Positions 62,229 to 64,000 of a DNA stretch of 64,000 nucleotides are shown piece by piece. The notes below the pieces were generated by a model that was not told where the DNA came from, searched no databases, and saw only the letters and a program-made list of their open reading frames with translations. This stretch comes from Camelus ferus (lineage: Eukaryota): the NCBI RefSeq assembly GCF_009834535.1, contig NC_045698.1, positions 3,350,001-3,414,000 on the forward strand, read 5' to 3'. Position 1 is the first letter of the stretch; each line of letters opens with the position of its first letter. The position numbers and the translations under genes are program-made.

Positions 62229-64000
62229 GAGCTGTGAGCATGTGGAGAGTCAAGGTAAACTTGATTGGATTTGGGAGAAGCAGGAGTTCATTCAAATTTC
62301 ACATTATAATGTGAAATAAATGTCAAAATTTATTGACAAATGACCACAGTAACCCCTACTTTTAACCTTGTAGATTGCTAGGGATGGGGGTAGGGGGAAG
62401 GACAATATTCTTAATGGACCAAGTAATTTAAGTTCCTATAATTGTTTAAACTAGGTTTGCCAATGAGCCTCTTTGTTTCATTCTCACTGGGGTAAGAGTC
62501 TTGTAACAGTCATGGACGGTGTGCTTCCAGAGGCCTTTCTAGACAAGGATGGCTGAGCTTGTCTGGGTGGCCCAGAGGACATGCTTTGAACCAACAAGAG
62601 TGTTTGCTCAAGACCTGCCCGCAGGAGCCCATGGCAATCACAGCTAGCCACACCTCGGTCATCCGCAGCGGCTGACATTAGTAACTCGTTTATGTCTGTT
62701 GCTCAGAATAAGCTGAGATGTTTTTCCCTAGAATACTGTTAGTTTTGAAATGATTCTCCAGGCAGCCCAGAACGAGGCTTATTTCATTTTAAAGAAGTCT
62801 GTATGGTACTGGTACCTGCCTTACGAATAAGATATTCAAAGACGCGTTTCACGTTTTCCCCCATACATGATTGAAATGAAGTGAAATCCCCAAATTTTAG
62901 TATCTGTGATGATTCATATAGGACTTAGACCGAGGCAGACCTTACCAACTTCTTTTGCTATGATTTGAAGGCATACTTGTTTCCTGGTCCAAAGTTCAGA
63001 TTCGTTTTCCTTCTAATTTCTCACTTGACTGGTCCTACGGCCAGAAGCTGCCCCGGGTGAGTGTGGACTCCGTGAGCGGGATCTGCCAACTGGATTTTCC
63101 GGCGCTCTCGTGCTGTTCCCACCCCTCCCTCACTCCCAGTGCACATCACACTCGTGAGGCTCCAATAAGACAGAGCTTCGCCTAAGCCGTTAGTGGAAGA
63201 GTCAGTCCTTAAAGTGGGGGCCAAGTTCCTGAACCCCACAGAGGATTCTCTCCCAGAAGTGTCAGCAATTGTTGCCCAGTTTGTTGTATCTGGAGAATTT
63301 CTCCCTCTCCTAAAATGACAGTTGAATTTTTAGGACTGTTCTTTCAGAGAATGCCAGGCTTCTACTCTCCAGGGATCTGAAATCGCCCTGGTCTCCACAT
63401 GGAGTGAACTACAAGAGGGTTCAGCCACTTAATGACCCTGTGGAGGAGGCATCCGTCTACACAGCCCATCAGGCTGCAGCTGGACCTGGGGAGGGGAGGT
63501 GGGGTGGAGAAATTGAGGTCAGCACAGGAGCTCAACTGGAGGCTCAGATCCACCAGCTCATGGCCACGGCAAAGCAGCCAGCGTCACCCCGACACAGACC
63601 CACATTTTAAGGGAGAATGAACACTAACTGCTCCATGTTTATCTCCTGCTGGCTTGATAAAGAGTAACCCCACAAGAGATGCACACCTTCTGTTTATTTG
63701 AGAGTCTTAGATATAAATTAATCATAGATCACTCCGAGTTTTAAAAACCCCAGAGCAAATTCCCGCACACTGCATATTCCATATTACTCTGATATGGAAT
63801 GAAAAAGGAGTTGAAGGTATATGTCAATTTACTACACCTAGTCATCTGAACATCGTTATATAAATGGAAATTCTAAAGCACCAATAGGCTTTGAAAAACT
63901 GTAAAGGGTAATTTTTTACATACCCAGGAAGACACATAAGACCATGGATTTGAATCTTTACCTCTCCCAGTTTGTTGCTGAAATGCCAAAATTAATGTAA

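Noticed and set aside
1..64000. CRISPR array, operon, prophage or non-retroviral endogenous virus
   Set aside because: No regularly spaced repeats, no gene-dense coding, no viral protein motifs recognised; a BLASTX against viral proteins would be needed to exclude highly decayed elements.

Overview
Mammalian non-coding genomic DNA, most likely a camelid (Camelus/Vicugna/Lama), judged from a tRNA-Ala-like SINE at 43360-43448, cetartiodactyl-type L1 3' ends, and no Alu, B1/B2, Bov-tA/BovB or PRE-1 SINEs that I could see. I recognise no host protein-coding exon, RNA gene, CRISPR array or prokaryotic/viral system. The only ORFs with recognisable homology are LINE-1 ORF2 remnants and a CR1/L3 reverse-transcriptase remnant. 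The window is a mosaic of young and old L1s, L2/MIR/L3 relics, MaLR/ERVL/ERV1 solo LTRs, MER DNA-transposon relics and microsatellites. LTRs lie on both strands, which fits an intergenic or weakly transcribed region. The best second-look items are non-canonical L1 integration events: a ~55-nt fragment of only the L1 5' end inside a hairpin with a direct-repeat flank (47577-47654); a young-L1/ancient-L1 chimera inside one TSD pair (41573-42130); a twin-primed L1 with a scrambled junction joined to an orphan AATAAA-ending segment (556-2110); and a tail-less, internally primed L1 (18007-18155). There are also weak hints of minus-strand non-coding exons and candidate enhancer/CTCF motifs. Repeat names come from my recall of consensus sequences, not from a database search, and boundaries are approximate. 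I found no convincing new biological system.
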